The notes: generated by a model not told the origin, from the letters alone. A DNA stretch of 63,837 nt, filler included, from Malassezia furfur (GCA_052055015.1; 3 parts of 3 records of this genome joined end to end with filler, not necessarily neighbours in it); one strand, 5' to 3'. Positions 43,702 to 55,458 are shown, counted from the whole stretch's first letter. Made by a program: numbers and translations.

Positions 43702-45221
43702 ATGGAGGTCGAAGTAGCTGGACGTGCGGTGCACAGCGACCTCACGAGCCTCGCCTTCCCGGTGTTGCGGCTCGTGAGCGAGGCACGCAACGAGCACGGT
43801 ATGCGTCAGCAGGACTGGAAGCGATACAGGGAGTATTGTGCGCGCAAGACGCATCGCATCCGCTCGACGCTGCACCTCACTCACACGGAGGCCGCCCAGA
43901 CGAACAAGGGCATACGTGGCAGCGCGCGGCAACGCAAGCGCCGTGCGCGTGTCACGCCCGAAATGCAGAGCAAGGCGAACAAGGGCAAGGGCAACGAGTT
44001 TGTGCGCAAGACTATCACGCTCGACAGCGTGCAGGATGCGCGTCCGCTCGAGCTGCTCCTGTTCATGGCCGAACACGCCTGGGCGTCTGCCGAGGAGATC
44101 TGGGCACAGCAGGACAGCGGCGAGGCTGCACTCTCCGTGCTGCGCCGCCGCAGCCTGACTCGCGGGCGCCGCGCGGTGCATATCGTCGAGCAGCTCAAGA
44201 CGCTCACCGACGCGCTGGGCGACGTGCTTGACGTCTCGGCGCGTGCGCAGTGCGCTGCATACGTCGGCCTGGTGCGCAGCGCCATGATGTTTATCAAGGG
44301 CGATTGGGAGAGCACGCAGACGACGTGCGCCGTCACCCGGCAGCTGCTTACCACCATCGCCGAGTGTGCACCGACGAGCCGCGACGAGGCGCTGGCGAGC
44401 AGCTTCCTGGATGCCCTGGATGCGCAGATCCGCTTCGCCGCTTACTCGCTAGGTGACACGGAACAGGACACGGCGGTGGTCGCGGAGCGCGTCGCGACGC
44501 CTGAGACGTGCGAAACGGTGATTCCGGGGTATGCTGCGCTCACCGAGGCACTCCGCGCTGAGCACGGCGACCGCGGCGCTGCCAAGGAGCCACTGGAACT
44601 GCACTGGCGCTCGTACACCATCCCTGTGCACAGTTTCGAGCTGTACGACCCCGTGATGCGCGTCAACGAGGAGGAGAAGCAGCTGCAGAGCTATCTGAAC
44701 ACTACGCAAGAGACGCCGGTTCGCAACACGTCGGCTCCGCGTGCCGCTCGTGCGCGCCTCTCGCACGCGCAGCGCAATGCCAAGCGCCGCGGCCGTGCGG
44801 CCGGAGACGTGTCGCGACAGGAGAGCGCGCAACGTGCGATCCACGGCGAGCTGGACTCGTTCGACCGTGTGCTGGGTGCGCTCGGCGATGCCGAGGAGGC
44901 CGCGCGCCTGCTCGTCGAAGAGAATGCACAGGCCCTGCAAAAGAGCCACTCGGCCCGCTACGAGGCGGCCGGTCTTGACCTGCGCCGCGCGCACGAATGG
45001 CTCATGTACCGCCTGCTGTCAGTGCGCGTCGAGCGGAGCATGCGCCTCGTGGAGGAGGTGCAAGCCAAGGCGGCGAAGCGCGAGGACAAGGCACATGCGC
45101 TGCTCCACGCGCGGCAGTACCCCAAGGCGGCGGCGACCACGCCTGTCGCGCCGCGCGCTAGCACGAAGCGGCCGGGCCCGGGCAGCCGCGCCAAGCGCCC
45201 CCACACGACGCCCAAGCGCGT
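43702..45221 (+). CDS. SRP68: Signal recognition particle subunit SRP68 (3' end lost in gap)
   Basis: RNEHGMRQQDWKRYREYCARKTHRIR, LELLLFMAEHAWA, IRFAAYSL. Confidence 0.85.
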
Positions 45222-45321
45222 NNNNNNNNNNNNNNNNNNNNNNNNNNNNNNNNNNNNNNNNNNNNTTAATTAATTAANNNNNNNNNNNNNNNNNNNNNNN
45301 NNNNNNNNNNNNNNNNNNNNN
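45222..45321. other. Assembly gap with artificial linker N44-TTAATTAATTAA-N44
   Basis: Same 100-bp construct as 22621-22720. Confidence 0.97.
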
Positions 45322-45409
45322 TTGCCGACGAGACCGCGCTGGACGCCGTCGGGCTTAATCATGATGTAGGCTGGGTCAGTGCGAGTTGCATACTCTGCTC
45401 AGTCGCCAT
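45322..45409 (-). CDS. YNK1: Nucleoside diphosphate kinase, 5' fragment only (rest lost in gap; absent from the ORF track)
   Basis: Removing intron 45371-45393 (23 nt) gives [21 protein letters not shown], the canonical NDK N-terminus. Confidence 0.9.
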
Positions 45410-45523
45410 GTTGGAATGAATTGGTGGACAAGAAGAAGTTGGCTGCGCGGCTTTCTCCTCTTGTCACGTGCAGCGGACGCGTCCGAAGCCACACGAGAAG
45501 TCCCGTGCGCAGGCAGCTCCACC

Positions 45524-47758
45524 ATGCTGGTGCGTCCGATGGCCTATCGGCTCCCGACGGTGTGCGGTTTAGCACGTACATCGTCTTCCAGGTGGGCTGT
45601 TCGTCCGGCGCAGTGTCCCGCACTGCGCTTGGGCTTTTCGCGCGGCGCCCACTCGGCGTCCTCGGCGTATTCGTCCCCACGTCCATCGTCTCATGCTGCG
45701 TGGACTGCGGGGGGCATCGGCGCGGGCATAGTAGCCTACATCGCGCTCCAGGCAAAAGCGTTTGGCGAGGAGGAGAAGAATACGCAAGACAATCTCATCC
45801 CGCCAAATCCGCCTTCGGAAGAGGACATCGCGAAGCTGATGGAGGAGGACGGCGAGCCTTCTGTGCCAAAAACCACACTTGGCCGCGTTGGTGTCTTTCT
45901 GTACGACCACCTAATCATGCCGATCCTGGTGGTTAAGCGGTTCCTTGTGCTGGCGCTGCTCTTTGGCCCCGTGATCCTTGCAATTCCCCTGCTGTTTCTT
46001 GGGCGCGCCAAGACGACGCGCACTATGAGCGGACAGGTGGTACGTGGCGAGCGATGGGGCGCACTGTTGTGGTATGACTTTCTTGTTGCACAAATGGGCC
46101 GCGCAGGGCCGACGTTTGTCAAACTCGGGCAGTGGGCGGGTTCGCGACACGACCTGTTCCCCGATGAGTTATGTGAACGTTTTGCGAAGTTGCACTCGAA
46201 CAATTCGCCGCACGCATTCAAGCACACCAAGCGCGTACTCGAACATGCCTTCCAGAAACCGTTTGACGAAATCTTTGAGTCGTTTGACCGCACACCCGTT
46301 GGCGTAGGTGCGGTCGGCCAAGTCTACAAGGCGCGGGTCCGTTACAATCTACTCCCAGCGAGCTATCTTGAGGCTAAGCACCATCGTGAGAGCCAGCTTC
46401 CCGATGCCGCACAGCGCATTGGTGAAGAGCTCGCCCTGATGTACGAGCATGACGAAGAGCGCCGACCCACCGCCGCCGTCGCGATCAAAGTGCTGCACCC
46501 CAACGTGCGGCGGACGATCGGCCTCGACATCCGTATCATGCGTTTCTTCGCAAACACCCTAAACGCGCTTCCAGGCATGAAGTGGGTGTCGCTCCCCGAA
46601 GAGGTGCATCAGTTTGCGACGCTGATGTTCTCGCAGTTGGATCTGCGCCACGAGGCCTACAACCTCGCGCGCTTTGAGCGCAACTTTGCGCGGCGTAACA
46701 GTGCTATTTCCTTCCCCCGCCCGCTGCTCGACTTCTGCTCCAAGGACGTGCTCGTCGAGGAGCTGATCGAGGCCGTCCCGCTCAAGTACTTTTTGCGGCT
46801 CGGCGGCTTGGACTACGACGCGCGGATCGCCGATCTCGGTCTGGACGCCTTCTTGGTACGTGGCCCAACTGACCCAGAATATGCTTCTCATCGACAACTT
46901 TACGCATGCCGACCTGCACCCCGGCAACATCATGGTCAGCTTTTACCGGCCGACGACGCGCACCATCCTGCAGAACCTCTTGTCCCGCATCCTCGCCCAC
47001 TTTGACCCCGACTACCGCCTGAGCGCTCAGTACAAGACGGGCATTATTCCCGACAAGATGGTGGTTCAGGAGCTGCTGTCCAAGAAAGACGACGAGCAAG
47101 CCTGGCACAACGAGCTGCAGCTGATGGAGGAGGAGGGCTACCAGCCTGAGCTCGTGTTCCTCGACGCAGGGCTCATCTCGGAGCTCTCGCCCAAGAACCT
47201 GCGCAACTTTTTGGACCTGTTTGCGGCGATCGCGAACTTTGACGGGAAGCTTGCTGGCCGATTGATGGTGGAGCGGTGCCGCTCGCCGGAGCTCGTTACG
47301 GACAAGGCGGGCTTCGAGCGGACGATGGAGCACATTGTGAGCAGCGTCAAAAACAATACCTTCAACCTCGCCAACCTGCAGATCGGTGACGTGCTTTCCG
47401 AGGTGCTCAAGTCGGTGCGTGTATACCACGTCAAGATGGAGCCCGACTTTGTCGACACTGTGCTCAGTATTTTGATCCTCGAAGGCATCGGCCGCCGCCT
47501 GGACCCCGACTTGGATGTACGTCGCACCCACTGACCCAGCTTTTCCGTTCGGCAATCCCCATCCTGCGCAATCTGGGCCATCGTATGTCCGGCGACGAGT
47601 CGCAGCTCGCCATGCTCCGCGAGAACGCCAGCTGGAAGAACGTCTTCCCGATGATCAAGCTGTGGTTCTACGTGGAGACGCGCTCAATGCTCATGGGCCT
47701 CACTAACTCGCCCGAGCGCGTGGATGCGTTCATTCGTTACGGTTGGCTATCGGAGTAA
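45524..47758 (+). CDS. Mitochondrial ABC1/UbiB atypical kinase (ADCK2/Ypl109c-like); 3 exons
   Basis: GPTFVKLGQW, VAIKVLHP, NFTHADLHPGNI, FLDAGL, LEGIGRRLDPDLD-LF; introns 46856-46877 (22 nt) and 47517-47539 (23 nt). Confidence 0.9.
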
Positions 47759-47768
47759 CATAGAAACT

Positions 47769-48740
47769 CTATACATCGTCATGATTGTCATTCTCATCCG
47801 AGTCCTCCAGCTCGGCATCAATGTCGACCTCGCCAATGTCGTCATCGTTGTCGCTGTCGTCATCGACCTCGTCCAGATCGAATTCGACTTCCTCCAAGGT
47901 ATCTTCGTTGCCCGCTCCGTTCTCGGCATCTGACGCACCCTCATTCGTCTCCGAGTCGCCCGAGTCGGACGACACGGAGAAACCGGACGGGAAATCGGCA
48001 TCGTCCGACAAATCGAGCTCGTCGGCCTGGTCGCCCGCCGTCCCTGCCTCACTGGACGCTGCACGCGCCGAAGGCGCCAAGCGCTGCGACGCATTGTCTT
48101 TGCTCTCGCTCTCGTGTGCAGCCAATGCACCCGCCGACGGCTTCTCACCATTCGCCGCCTTGCTGCCACTCTCCGCTTTGGCCTGTTCCTTGGCTGTGGC
48201 CGACGGTGTCGACGTCCGGTCCACTTTCTTTTGTTTCTCGGAGCCATTCGCGCGTAGGGACGTCGGCGACGCGGCACGTTTGCGCGGAAGAGCCGCTGAT
48301 TTCATACTGGGAGACTCCGGGGCTGGTGTGCTGCTCAACAGACGTGTGTTTGCTGCATTCGAGGATGTTTTGGCGCTGCGCGTCGAACCTTTGCGCGCCA
48401 TTTTGGCACCCATACCCATACACTTTTCGAGGTGCGTCGCGTATCGATTCGATGACACCTGGCGCGAGCACACGAGACACTCGAACAACGGGTTGTTCGA
48501 GTAATAATCAGTTTTGGTGCCGTTGGCTGCAGCGGTGGGGTCGGAATTGACTGGGTTAGTGCGATGCCTACCATGTTTGGTACAGCTGCGTCAGAGCCTC
48601 GATACGTACAACTCCCCGCACTGCGGGCACTTCCGCTTGGAACGCTTCACCGCAGAATGCACATCGAGCGCTGTATCCACCACAAGCTCGTTCAGGAGCG
48701 AGCCAAGGAGCCGCGACGTGAAGAGCGCCTTGGGGTCCAT
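47769..48740 (-). CDS. SGF11: SAGA deubiquitination module subunit Sgf11 with long acidic tail
   Basis: N-terminal helix LLNELVVDTALDVH; zinc finger FECLVCSRQVSSNRYATHLEKCMG; intron 48586-48609 (24 nt) and probable intron 48551-48571 (21 nt). Confidence 0.85.
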
Positions 48741-48910
48741 GCTCCCTGGTGGCAGGCCAGATGGTGCGTGCGCGTGCTTATCTCATCCGGCCGAAGGTGG
48801 CGGCCTACCGGGTAGGGTGACGCGCCCCTTGTAGGTCCGCTTGTTACGACATCGTGTCAGACACGCCGCGATCTGGACGCGTCGCGTAGCCTCGTGGTAA
48901 CTTTGGCGAG

Positions 48911-50005
48911 ATGTCTTTTTCTCTCCCTACGCCGCTCAAGCAGCAATTGACACTGTATCGAGACTCACTGAATGCGCAAATCGATGCATGGGCAACAGAA
49001 TACAACGTAAACCCCGCTGCGATCCGGCGCTATCTCGGCTTCTCGCGTGAGTTTGGACGCCAACCCAACTCGTGGAACCAGTACCAGCGGTACCTAGCGG
49101 AGCAGAAGCGTAAGAACGCGAGCGGGCAGGGAGGTGCGATTGGAAACAGCATGGACGCGTTGGGAGGCAACGGAAACACGACTCAAGCCCAGCGCATCCG
49201 TGACGAACTCGCCCCGCTTTACCAGAAAATGAAGGAGGACCCCGAGTTCCTCAACCGGACGCAGCAGGAAATATCAGCGTGGGAGCAAGGGCATCGCCTG
49301 GAAAAGTCGAGCAGCGTGACGCGCGCCGAGTATAAACGCGCAGTGCGTCGATTTGAGCAATTCGCACAGCAGTGTTCCCAAAATCTTGGCGCTGAGTCGT
49401 TTACGATTATTGCGCATCCCAACATCGGCTCCAATCATGTCCAAATTGCCGCGTCGCCCGCGGGATTGCATGCCTTTCAGACGGCGCTGGGCGCAGGGAA
49501 GCCTCTCGAAACCTTCCAGAACCGTTTCGCAGCTTGCATCTGCCTGACCATTGCCCCAAGTGACGACCCTAATGCCTTGGACCGTGATACCCACCTCGAT
49601 GTACAAGTTCCTTTGCAACCACAAGAGCCAATCATCTTGCCCGAAGACCCCACATTGCTGACGTCCATTCAGAAACGCAAGCTGGCCACTCCGCTTTTCC
49701 AACGCCTCGTTGAGTCCGGACTGGATCCCGTTGGGCTTGCCAACTTCCGTAAAAAGTCTCAATCGCGCTTCCCATGGAAAGGTCTCATGACATGGCTTCA
49801 CGAAAATGGATACCGATTCAATTACTGGCCCAACGATTCTACACTATATGGCATCCGACAGGCAACCGGCGAAGCCGCCCTCTTACCTGCCCATTTGCGA
49901 TGTGAAGGACTCAACACACCCAATTGCTGGAAGTCGGACGCCATGAATGCGATTTTGCGTGCCTGCGTCGATCCGACCGATCCACTCCGTGTAGTCCGTT
50001 TGTAA
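48911..50005 (+). CDS. Hypothetical protein, intronless, lower GC than flanks
   Basis: 364-aa ATG-to-stop ORF with protein-like composition (RQPNSWNQYQRY; FPWKGLMTWLHENGYRFNYWP). Confidence 0.7.
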   Translation: MSFSLPTPLKQQLTLYRDSLNAQIDAWATEYNVNPAAIRRYLGFSREFGRQPNSWNQYQRYLAEQKRKNASGQGGAIGNSMDALGGNGNTTQAQRIRDELAPLYQKMKEDPEFLNRTQQEISAWEQGHRLEKSSSVTRAEYKRAVRRFEQFAQQCSQNLGAESFTIIAHPNIGSNHVQIAASPAGLHAFQTALGAGKPLETFQNRFAACICLTIAPSDDPNALDRDTHLDVQVPLQPQEPIILPEDPTLLTSIQKRKLATPLFQRLVESGLDPVGLANFRKKSQSRFPWKGLMTWLHENGYRFNYWPNDSTLYGIRQATGEAALLPAHLRCEGLNTPNCWKSDAMNAILRACVDPTDPLRVVRL

Positions 50006-50805
50006 AGTATGCCTCTAATTTTTGGACGTGGAGCACATCGGCCGCATCGGGTCTGACCAATCATTCGTTTGCGCATGACGTTTTGGCATGCAACCTCGCT
50101 TCTTTGCGATGGGATCTCGTAGCCTGTTGAAAAACGTCTGTAGGGCTACTATAATCGTATCCGATCCGTTTCGATAGAACTGTTTCTATACTGACATTTA
50201 GACGTCGCACGCCTTTGGATCGACGTCTTGCTGCGCATCCCAGTGCTCTAGAATCCTGTTGTCCAAGATTCGGAACATGTCGACGCTCAGTCGGCAGGAG
50301 CCTGTAAGGGTGTCTTTGGCGCCAGACACGTAGCTTAGAGTCCAGACCCTGTCATCCTCCGAAAATAAATCCTTACCAGGGCTTTGTTGCCCTCGATAGA
50401 ACTCATTATCATGGAGGCAATGTCTTCTTGGTTCGATCTGAAAGAACTATCGGACTTAACTGAATGTCGGAGCACCAGCCCAACGGAGCCTGGACCATGC
50501 CCCTACCCAATTTTCGAAATTTAACACCGAGTTGGATTTGAAGCGCACGGGGCTGCAGGAGCTAGCTCCGGACCCGTTGTCGCCTTTTCCGCGGGGCCGC
50601 GGTAAGACATCTCCGACCGGAAAAAATCACGCACGTGGTATCCGGCCAATCAAAGGGCCAGGTTGAGAACGATAAGGTGCACCAGGCATAGCCGTTGCAG
50701 GCAGGCGATAATTATTCGCGTCGTATAATTTGACGCGTGTTGTGCGTTTGCCATCGACAACCAGGTCCCTTGCCCGCTTTGGTATTGAACCGTCTCACAG
50801 GGTCT

Positions 50806-53800
50806 ATGAGTATGGGTTCTGCTGGTGCACAGGGAGAGAAGCACCCCGACTTGGGGACGCACTCCTCCGTGCCCGAGTCGATGCCGAACCTGGCCGAAGT
50901 CTCGGACGCTATGGGTGTGGACGTGGAAGGTTCTGCCGTCTCGGATGACGACTTTGAAAAGAAACAGAACTATAATGAAACCGAGGGGCAAGGAAAGCGG
51001 GAGCGCGGGGGCAACCGCAAGTTTGAGTCGCGCACGCGCGAGCACTGGTATCAGTTTTGGCGCTTCAAGAATCCGCCGCCCCCGCCGCCGGAGTCGCTCC
51101 ACGATGCAGAGCCGAGCCCGCTGGGCAGGGCAAGCATTTTCAGCGACTGGACCTACTCCTGGATTGAGCCCATGTTGTTGTTGGGCTACCGCCGGCCGCT
51201 GGAGGCGAGCGACCTTTGGGCCATGGAGGGCCCACGGACCGCCGAGTCGCTGAGTGACCGGTTAATTGAGCGCTGGGAGATCCGTGTCAAGAAGGCGGAG
51301 GAATGCAACGCACGGCTGGATTCCGGCGAAATCCAGCCCAGTCGATACCAACAATACAAGTGGCGCAAGGCGGCGCAAAAGGAGGCCGAGGAGGGCGTGG
51401 GTGGCGACGCGTCTGTCGAGGAGCGTATCGAGGCGAAGCAGTACTGCTGGCGCGCGCCCAAGCTCGAGGACATTAAGCCTGAGCACGTCACCGACGAGAT
51501 GCGGCGTCGCTATGCGATTGCGGGCACAGTCAAAACCAAATACCAGCGCGCGAATCTGTTTTGGGCCATGTTTGATCTCTTCTGGCAACGCATTGCCGTG
51601 GCCTACTTTTCCAAGATCATTGCGGACACGGCCTACCTGTGTTCGGCGCTGGTGATGCGCCACGTCATCAATGCGATTGTCGAGGACGACCACGGGCGCG
51701 CGTCTGGGTATGCGGTGGTCATCTTTGTGCTTATGGTGATCAGCAATCTGCTGGCGAACCGTTTCTTCTACGAGTCGATGTATGTTGGTGTGTTTACGCG
51801 CGCGGCGCTCGTCTCAAGCATCTTCCGGCGCGCGCTACGCATGCAGGGTCGCGACCGGTCGACGGGCAAGCTGGTGAACCATGTGTCGACGGATGTGTCG
51901 CGCATTGACTTTGGCGCGCAGTGGTGGCTGCTGGCCTTTACGGCGCCGGTCGAGATTGTTGTGTGCTTGATCATCCTGCTCACGCAAGGCATGGGCGCGT
52001 CGAGTTTGGCGGGCTTTGCCCTGGTGGTGGTGGTAGTGCCGGCGCAGATGTACTGCCTCAAGTTCCTGTTCAGGATCCGCGCCAAGTCGATGGAGTGGAC
52101 CGACCGCCGTGCGCGGCGGACCCAGGAGGTGCTCTCGGGCATGCGCATCGTCAAGCTGTTCTCGTACGAGAGCAACTTTTTGGCGCTGATTCGCAAGCTG
52201 CGGCGCAACGAGCTGGTGTATGTGTTCAAGCTCGCTGTGGTGCGTGCCGGTGTGATGGCCGTGGCCGTCAGTCTGCCGCTGATGGCCGGTGTGCTGTCGA
52301 TCATCACCTACTACTTCTACCACACCCCGCACCGCCTGGACCCCGGCGTGGTGTTCCCGGCGATTACGCTGTTCCAGATCTTGCGTCTGCCACTCATGTT
52401 CCTGCCGTTTGGTATCAGTGTGATTGCCGACGGCTGGAACTCGTTCCTGCGTCTGCGCGACGTCTTCTACGCCGAGCAGCACGACGTCGAGGTCAAGGCG
52501 GACGAGCACTCCGAGTACGGCCTGAAGATGACCGACGCGCTGTTCGAGTGGGAGGACGTCAGCGAGGACCCGACGCTGAAGCCGACCAAGGAGCAGGAGA
52601 AGAAGCAGCTCAAGAAGCAGCGCCGCAAGAACCAGAAGCTCTGGGCGTTCCTGCGCAAGAACCGCAAGGAAGACCCGCAGAACGCGGAGAAGAAGCGGCG
52701 GTGGCGCCTCTTCCGCAAAAAGGCCAAGGCGGCGGATGCGACGGAGCTCGCGACGCCGGCGCCGAAGCCCAAGGAGGCCGAGGCCGAGGAGGCGCCGAGC
52801 AACTTTGCCATGGCGCCGCTCACGTTTGGCGTGAAGCGCGGCGAGCTGTGTGCGATCGTCGGCTCGGTCGGCTCGGGCAAGTCGTCGCTGCTGCTCGGTG
52901 CGATCGGCGAGATGCACAAGGTGTCGGGCGACGTGACGTGGGGCGCCAAGCGCATTGCGTACTGTGCACAGTCGGCGTGGATCCAGAACGCGACGCTGCG
53001 CGACAACATCCTGTTCGGCCAGCCGTGGGACGAGGCGCGCTACTGGGAGTGCATTGAGCGCGCCGAGCTGCCGGCCGATCTGGCGCTGCTGCAGAACGGC
53101 GACATGACCGAGATCGGCGAGCGCGGCGTGACGCTGTCCGGTGGGCAGAAGCAGCGTGTGAACATTGCGCGTGCGCTGTACTACAACGCCGAGATCATCT
53201 GTCTCGACGACCCGCTGTCGGCCGTCGATGCACACGTCGGCAAGGCACTCTTCAACAATGCCATCCTCCCGCTGCGTGCCGCGGGCAAGACGGTGCTGCT
53301 GGTGACGCACGCGATCCAGTACTTGCCCGAGTGCGACAAGATCATCTCGATGGACGACGGGCACATCGAGGAGATTGGCACCTACGACGAGCTGATGCGT
53401 GCGCGCGGCAACTTCTACAATGCGATGCACAACTTTGGCATGCTCAAAAACGCGGGCGAGGAGGAGGAGGACGCCGACGAGCTCGCGGCCGAGACGGAGG
53501 ACGCGAAGAAGCCCAAGCCGAAGCTCGACAAGGCCGAGATGAGCAAGCCGGATGGCGAGGGCACCATGGAGCTGGAGGAGCGCAACACGGGCTCGGTCGA
53601 CGGCTTTGTGTACCGCGCGTACATCAACGCGGGCCAGGGCTGGTGGACGGTGCCGCTGGCCGCCGCCGCCGCGGTGTGCATGCAGGGCGCGACGACGCTC
53701 TCGACCTACTACATCAACTGGTGGACCGAGTGGTACGTGAACGGCACGTACACGGTGGGCTTTTGTATCGGCTTGTATGTGATGCTGGGCCTGCTGCAGC

Positions 53801-55458
53801 TCGTGTTCAACTTTGTCACGGACGTGACGCTCGGCCTGTTCACCTATATGGCGTCGCGCCGCCTGCACGACGACGCGCTCAAGCGTGTCATGTACGCGCC
53901 CATGTCCTGGTTCGACACCACGCCGATCGGGCGCATCATCAACCGCTTCGGCAAGGACATTGACGTGCTCGACAACCAGCTGAGCAACCTGCTGCGCCAG
54001 TGTGTGTCGACGGTCATGTCGATGCTCGGCGCGATTGCCATGACGATCGCGCTCACGTACTACTTTGCGGTCGCGATCGTGGTCGTGCTCGCCATTGCGT
54101 GGGTGGTTGCCACTTTCTACCGCTCGTCCGCGCGCGAGTTCAAGCGGCTGGACGCGATGCTGCGCAGTACGCTGTACTCGCACTTTGCCGAGTCGCTCAG
54201 CGGTCTCACGACGATCCGCGCGTACCGCGAGTCGGACCGCTTCCTACACGACAACTACGACCGCGTCGATTTGGAGAACCGCGCGTACTTCTGCACGGTG
54301 GTCAACCAGCGCTGGCTCGGGCTGCGCCTCGACTTCCTCGGCTCGGTGTGTGTGCTGGTCGTCGGCCTGCTCGTGGCCAACGGCATCGGCAACGACGGCC
54401 CCGGCCACGCGGGTACGGCGCTCTCGATGATCATCACCATCGCGCAGATGCTCGGCTTTGTGACGCGCCAGTTCACCGAGCTCGAGAACGAGATGAACTC
54501 GGCCGAGCGTCTCGTGTACTACGCCGAGACGCTCAAGCAGGAGGCGCCGCAGCGCATCCCGGAGACGAAGCCGGAGGCGTCGTGGCCGAGCGAGGGCAGC
54601 GTCCAGTTCGACAACGTCTGGCTGCAGTACCGTCCCGGCCTGCCCAACGTGCTCAAGGGTGTCACGCTCGACGTGCACGGCGGCGAAAAGGTCGGCATTG
54701 TCGGGCGCACGGGCGCCGGCAAGAGCTCGATCCTCACCGTGCTGCTGCGCCTCAGCGAGGCGACGCGCGGCATTGTGCGCATCGATGGCGTGGACGTGTC
54801 CAAGATTGGTCTCGAGGACCTGCGCCGCGCCATCGCCATCCTTCCGCAGGACCCGCTGTTGTTCAGCGGTACGCTGCGTTCCAACCTCGACCCATTCAAC
54901 CTGTACGACGACGCACGTCTGTGGGACGCCATGCAGCGCGCCTATCTTGCTGGGCCCAGCACGGCGCTCTCGTCGGAGGTGGTGCTGAACGACCCCGACG
55001 TGCCGACCACGGAGCGCACCGAGCTCCAGAACCAGGCCGCCGCACAGGCGAGTGCCGGCGAGAGCAAGGCGCTCACGCGCCTCACGCTCGACTCGATCAT
55101 CGACGAGGAGGGCGCCAACCTGTCGGTGGGCCAGCGCAGCCTGGTGTCGTTGGCCCGTGCGCTCGTGCGCAACTCCAAGATCATCCTGCTCGACGAGGCC
55201 ACCGCCTCGGTGGATCTCGAGACGGACGCCAAGATCCAAAAGACGATCCGCACCGAATTCACGGGTCGCACACTGTTGTGCATTGCGCACCGTCTCAGCA
55301 CGATCATCGGATACGACCGGATCGTCGTCATGGACGACGGCCGCGTCGCCGAGTACGACACGCCGCTCGCACTCTTCGACCGGCCCGACAGCATTTTCCG
55401 CGGGATGTGCGATCGCAGCGGAATCAAGCGCGACGAGGTGGTGCAGGCGCGCATGTAG
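50806..55458 (+). CDS. YOR1: ABCC/MRP-family multidrug transporter, Yor1-like, (TMD-NBD)x2
   Basis: GSVGSGKSS, LSGGQKQR, LDDPLSAVDAHVG, FDTTPIGRI, GRTGAGKSS, NLSVGQR, LDEATASVD. Confidence 0.9.
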   Translation: MSMGSAGAQGEKHPDLGTHSSVPESMPNLAEVSDAMGVDVEGSAVSDDDFEKKQNYNETEGQGKRERGGNRKFESRTREHWYQFWRFKNPPPPPPESLHDAEPSPLGRASIFSDWTYSWIEPMLLLGYRRPLEASDLWAMEGPRTAESLSDRLIERWEIRVKKAEECNARLDSGEIQPSRYQQYKWRKAAQKEAEEGVGGDASVEERIEAKQYCWRAPKLEDIKPEHVTDEMRRRYAIAGTVKTKYQRANLFWAMFDLFWQRIAVAYFSKIIADTAYLCSALVMRHVINAIVEDDHGRASGYAVVIFVLMVISNLLANRFFYESMYVGVFTRAALVSSIFRRALRMQGRDRSTGKLVNHVSTDVSRIDFGAQWWLLAFTAPVEIVVCLIILLTQGMGASSLAGFALVVVVVPAQMYCLKFLFRIRAKSMEWTDRRARRTQEVLSGMRIVKLFSYESNFLALIRKLRRNELVYVFKLAVVRAGVMAVAVSLPLMAGVLSIITYYFYHTPHRLDPGVVFPAITLFQILRLPLMFLPFGISVIADGWNSFLRLRDVFYAEQHDVEVKADEHSEYGLKMTDALFEWEDVSEDPTLKPTKEQEKKQLKKQRRKNQKLWAFLRKNRKEDPQNAEKKRRWRLFRKKAKAADATELATPAPKPKEAEAEEAPSNFAMAPLTFGVKRGELCAIVGSVGSGKSSLLLGAIGEMHKVSGDVTWGAKRIAYCAQSAWIQNATLRDNILFGQPWDEARYWECIERAELPADLALLQNGDMTEIGERGVTLSGGQKQRVNIARALYYNAEIICLDDPLSAVDAHVGKALFNNAILPLRAAGKTVLLVTHAIQYLPECDKIISMDDGHIEEIGTYDELMRARGNFYNAMHNFGMLKNAGEEEEDADELAAETEDAKKPKPKLDKAEMSKPDGEGTMELEERNTGSVDGFVYRAYINAGQGWWTVPLAAAAAVCMQGATTLSTYYINWWTEWYVNGTYTVGFCIGLYVMLGLLQLVFNFVTDVTLGLFTYMASRRLHDDALKRVMYAPMSWFDTTPIGRIINRFGKDIDVLDNQLSNLLRQCVSTVMSMLGAIAMTIALTYYFAVAIVVVLAIAWVVATFYRSSAREFKRLDAMLRSTLYSHFAESLSGLTTIRAYRESDRFLHDNYDRVDLENRAYFCTVVNQRWLGLRLDFLGSVCVLVVGLLVANGIGNDGPGHAGTALSMIITIAQMLGFVTRQFTELENEMNSAERLVYYAETLKQEAPQRIPETKPEASWPSEGSVQFDNVWLQYRPGLPNVLKGVTLDVHGGEKVGIVGRTGAGKSSILTVLLRLSEATRGIVRIDGVDVSKIGLEDLRRAIAILPQDPLLFSGTLRSNLDPFNLYDDARLWDAMQRAYLAGPSTALSSEVVLNDPDVPTTERTELQNQAAAQASAGESKALTRLTLDSIIDEEGANLSVGQRSLVSLARALVRNSKIILLDEATASVDLETDAKIQKTIRTEFTGRTLLCIAHRLSTIIGYDRIVVMDDGRVAEYDTPLALFDRPDSIFRGMCDRSGIKRDEVVQARM

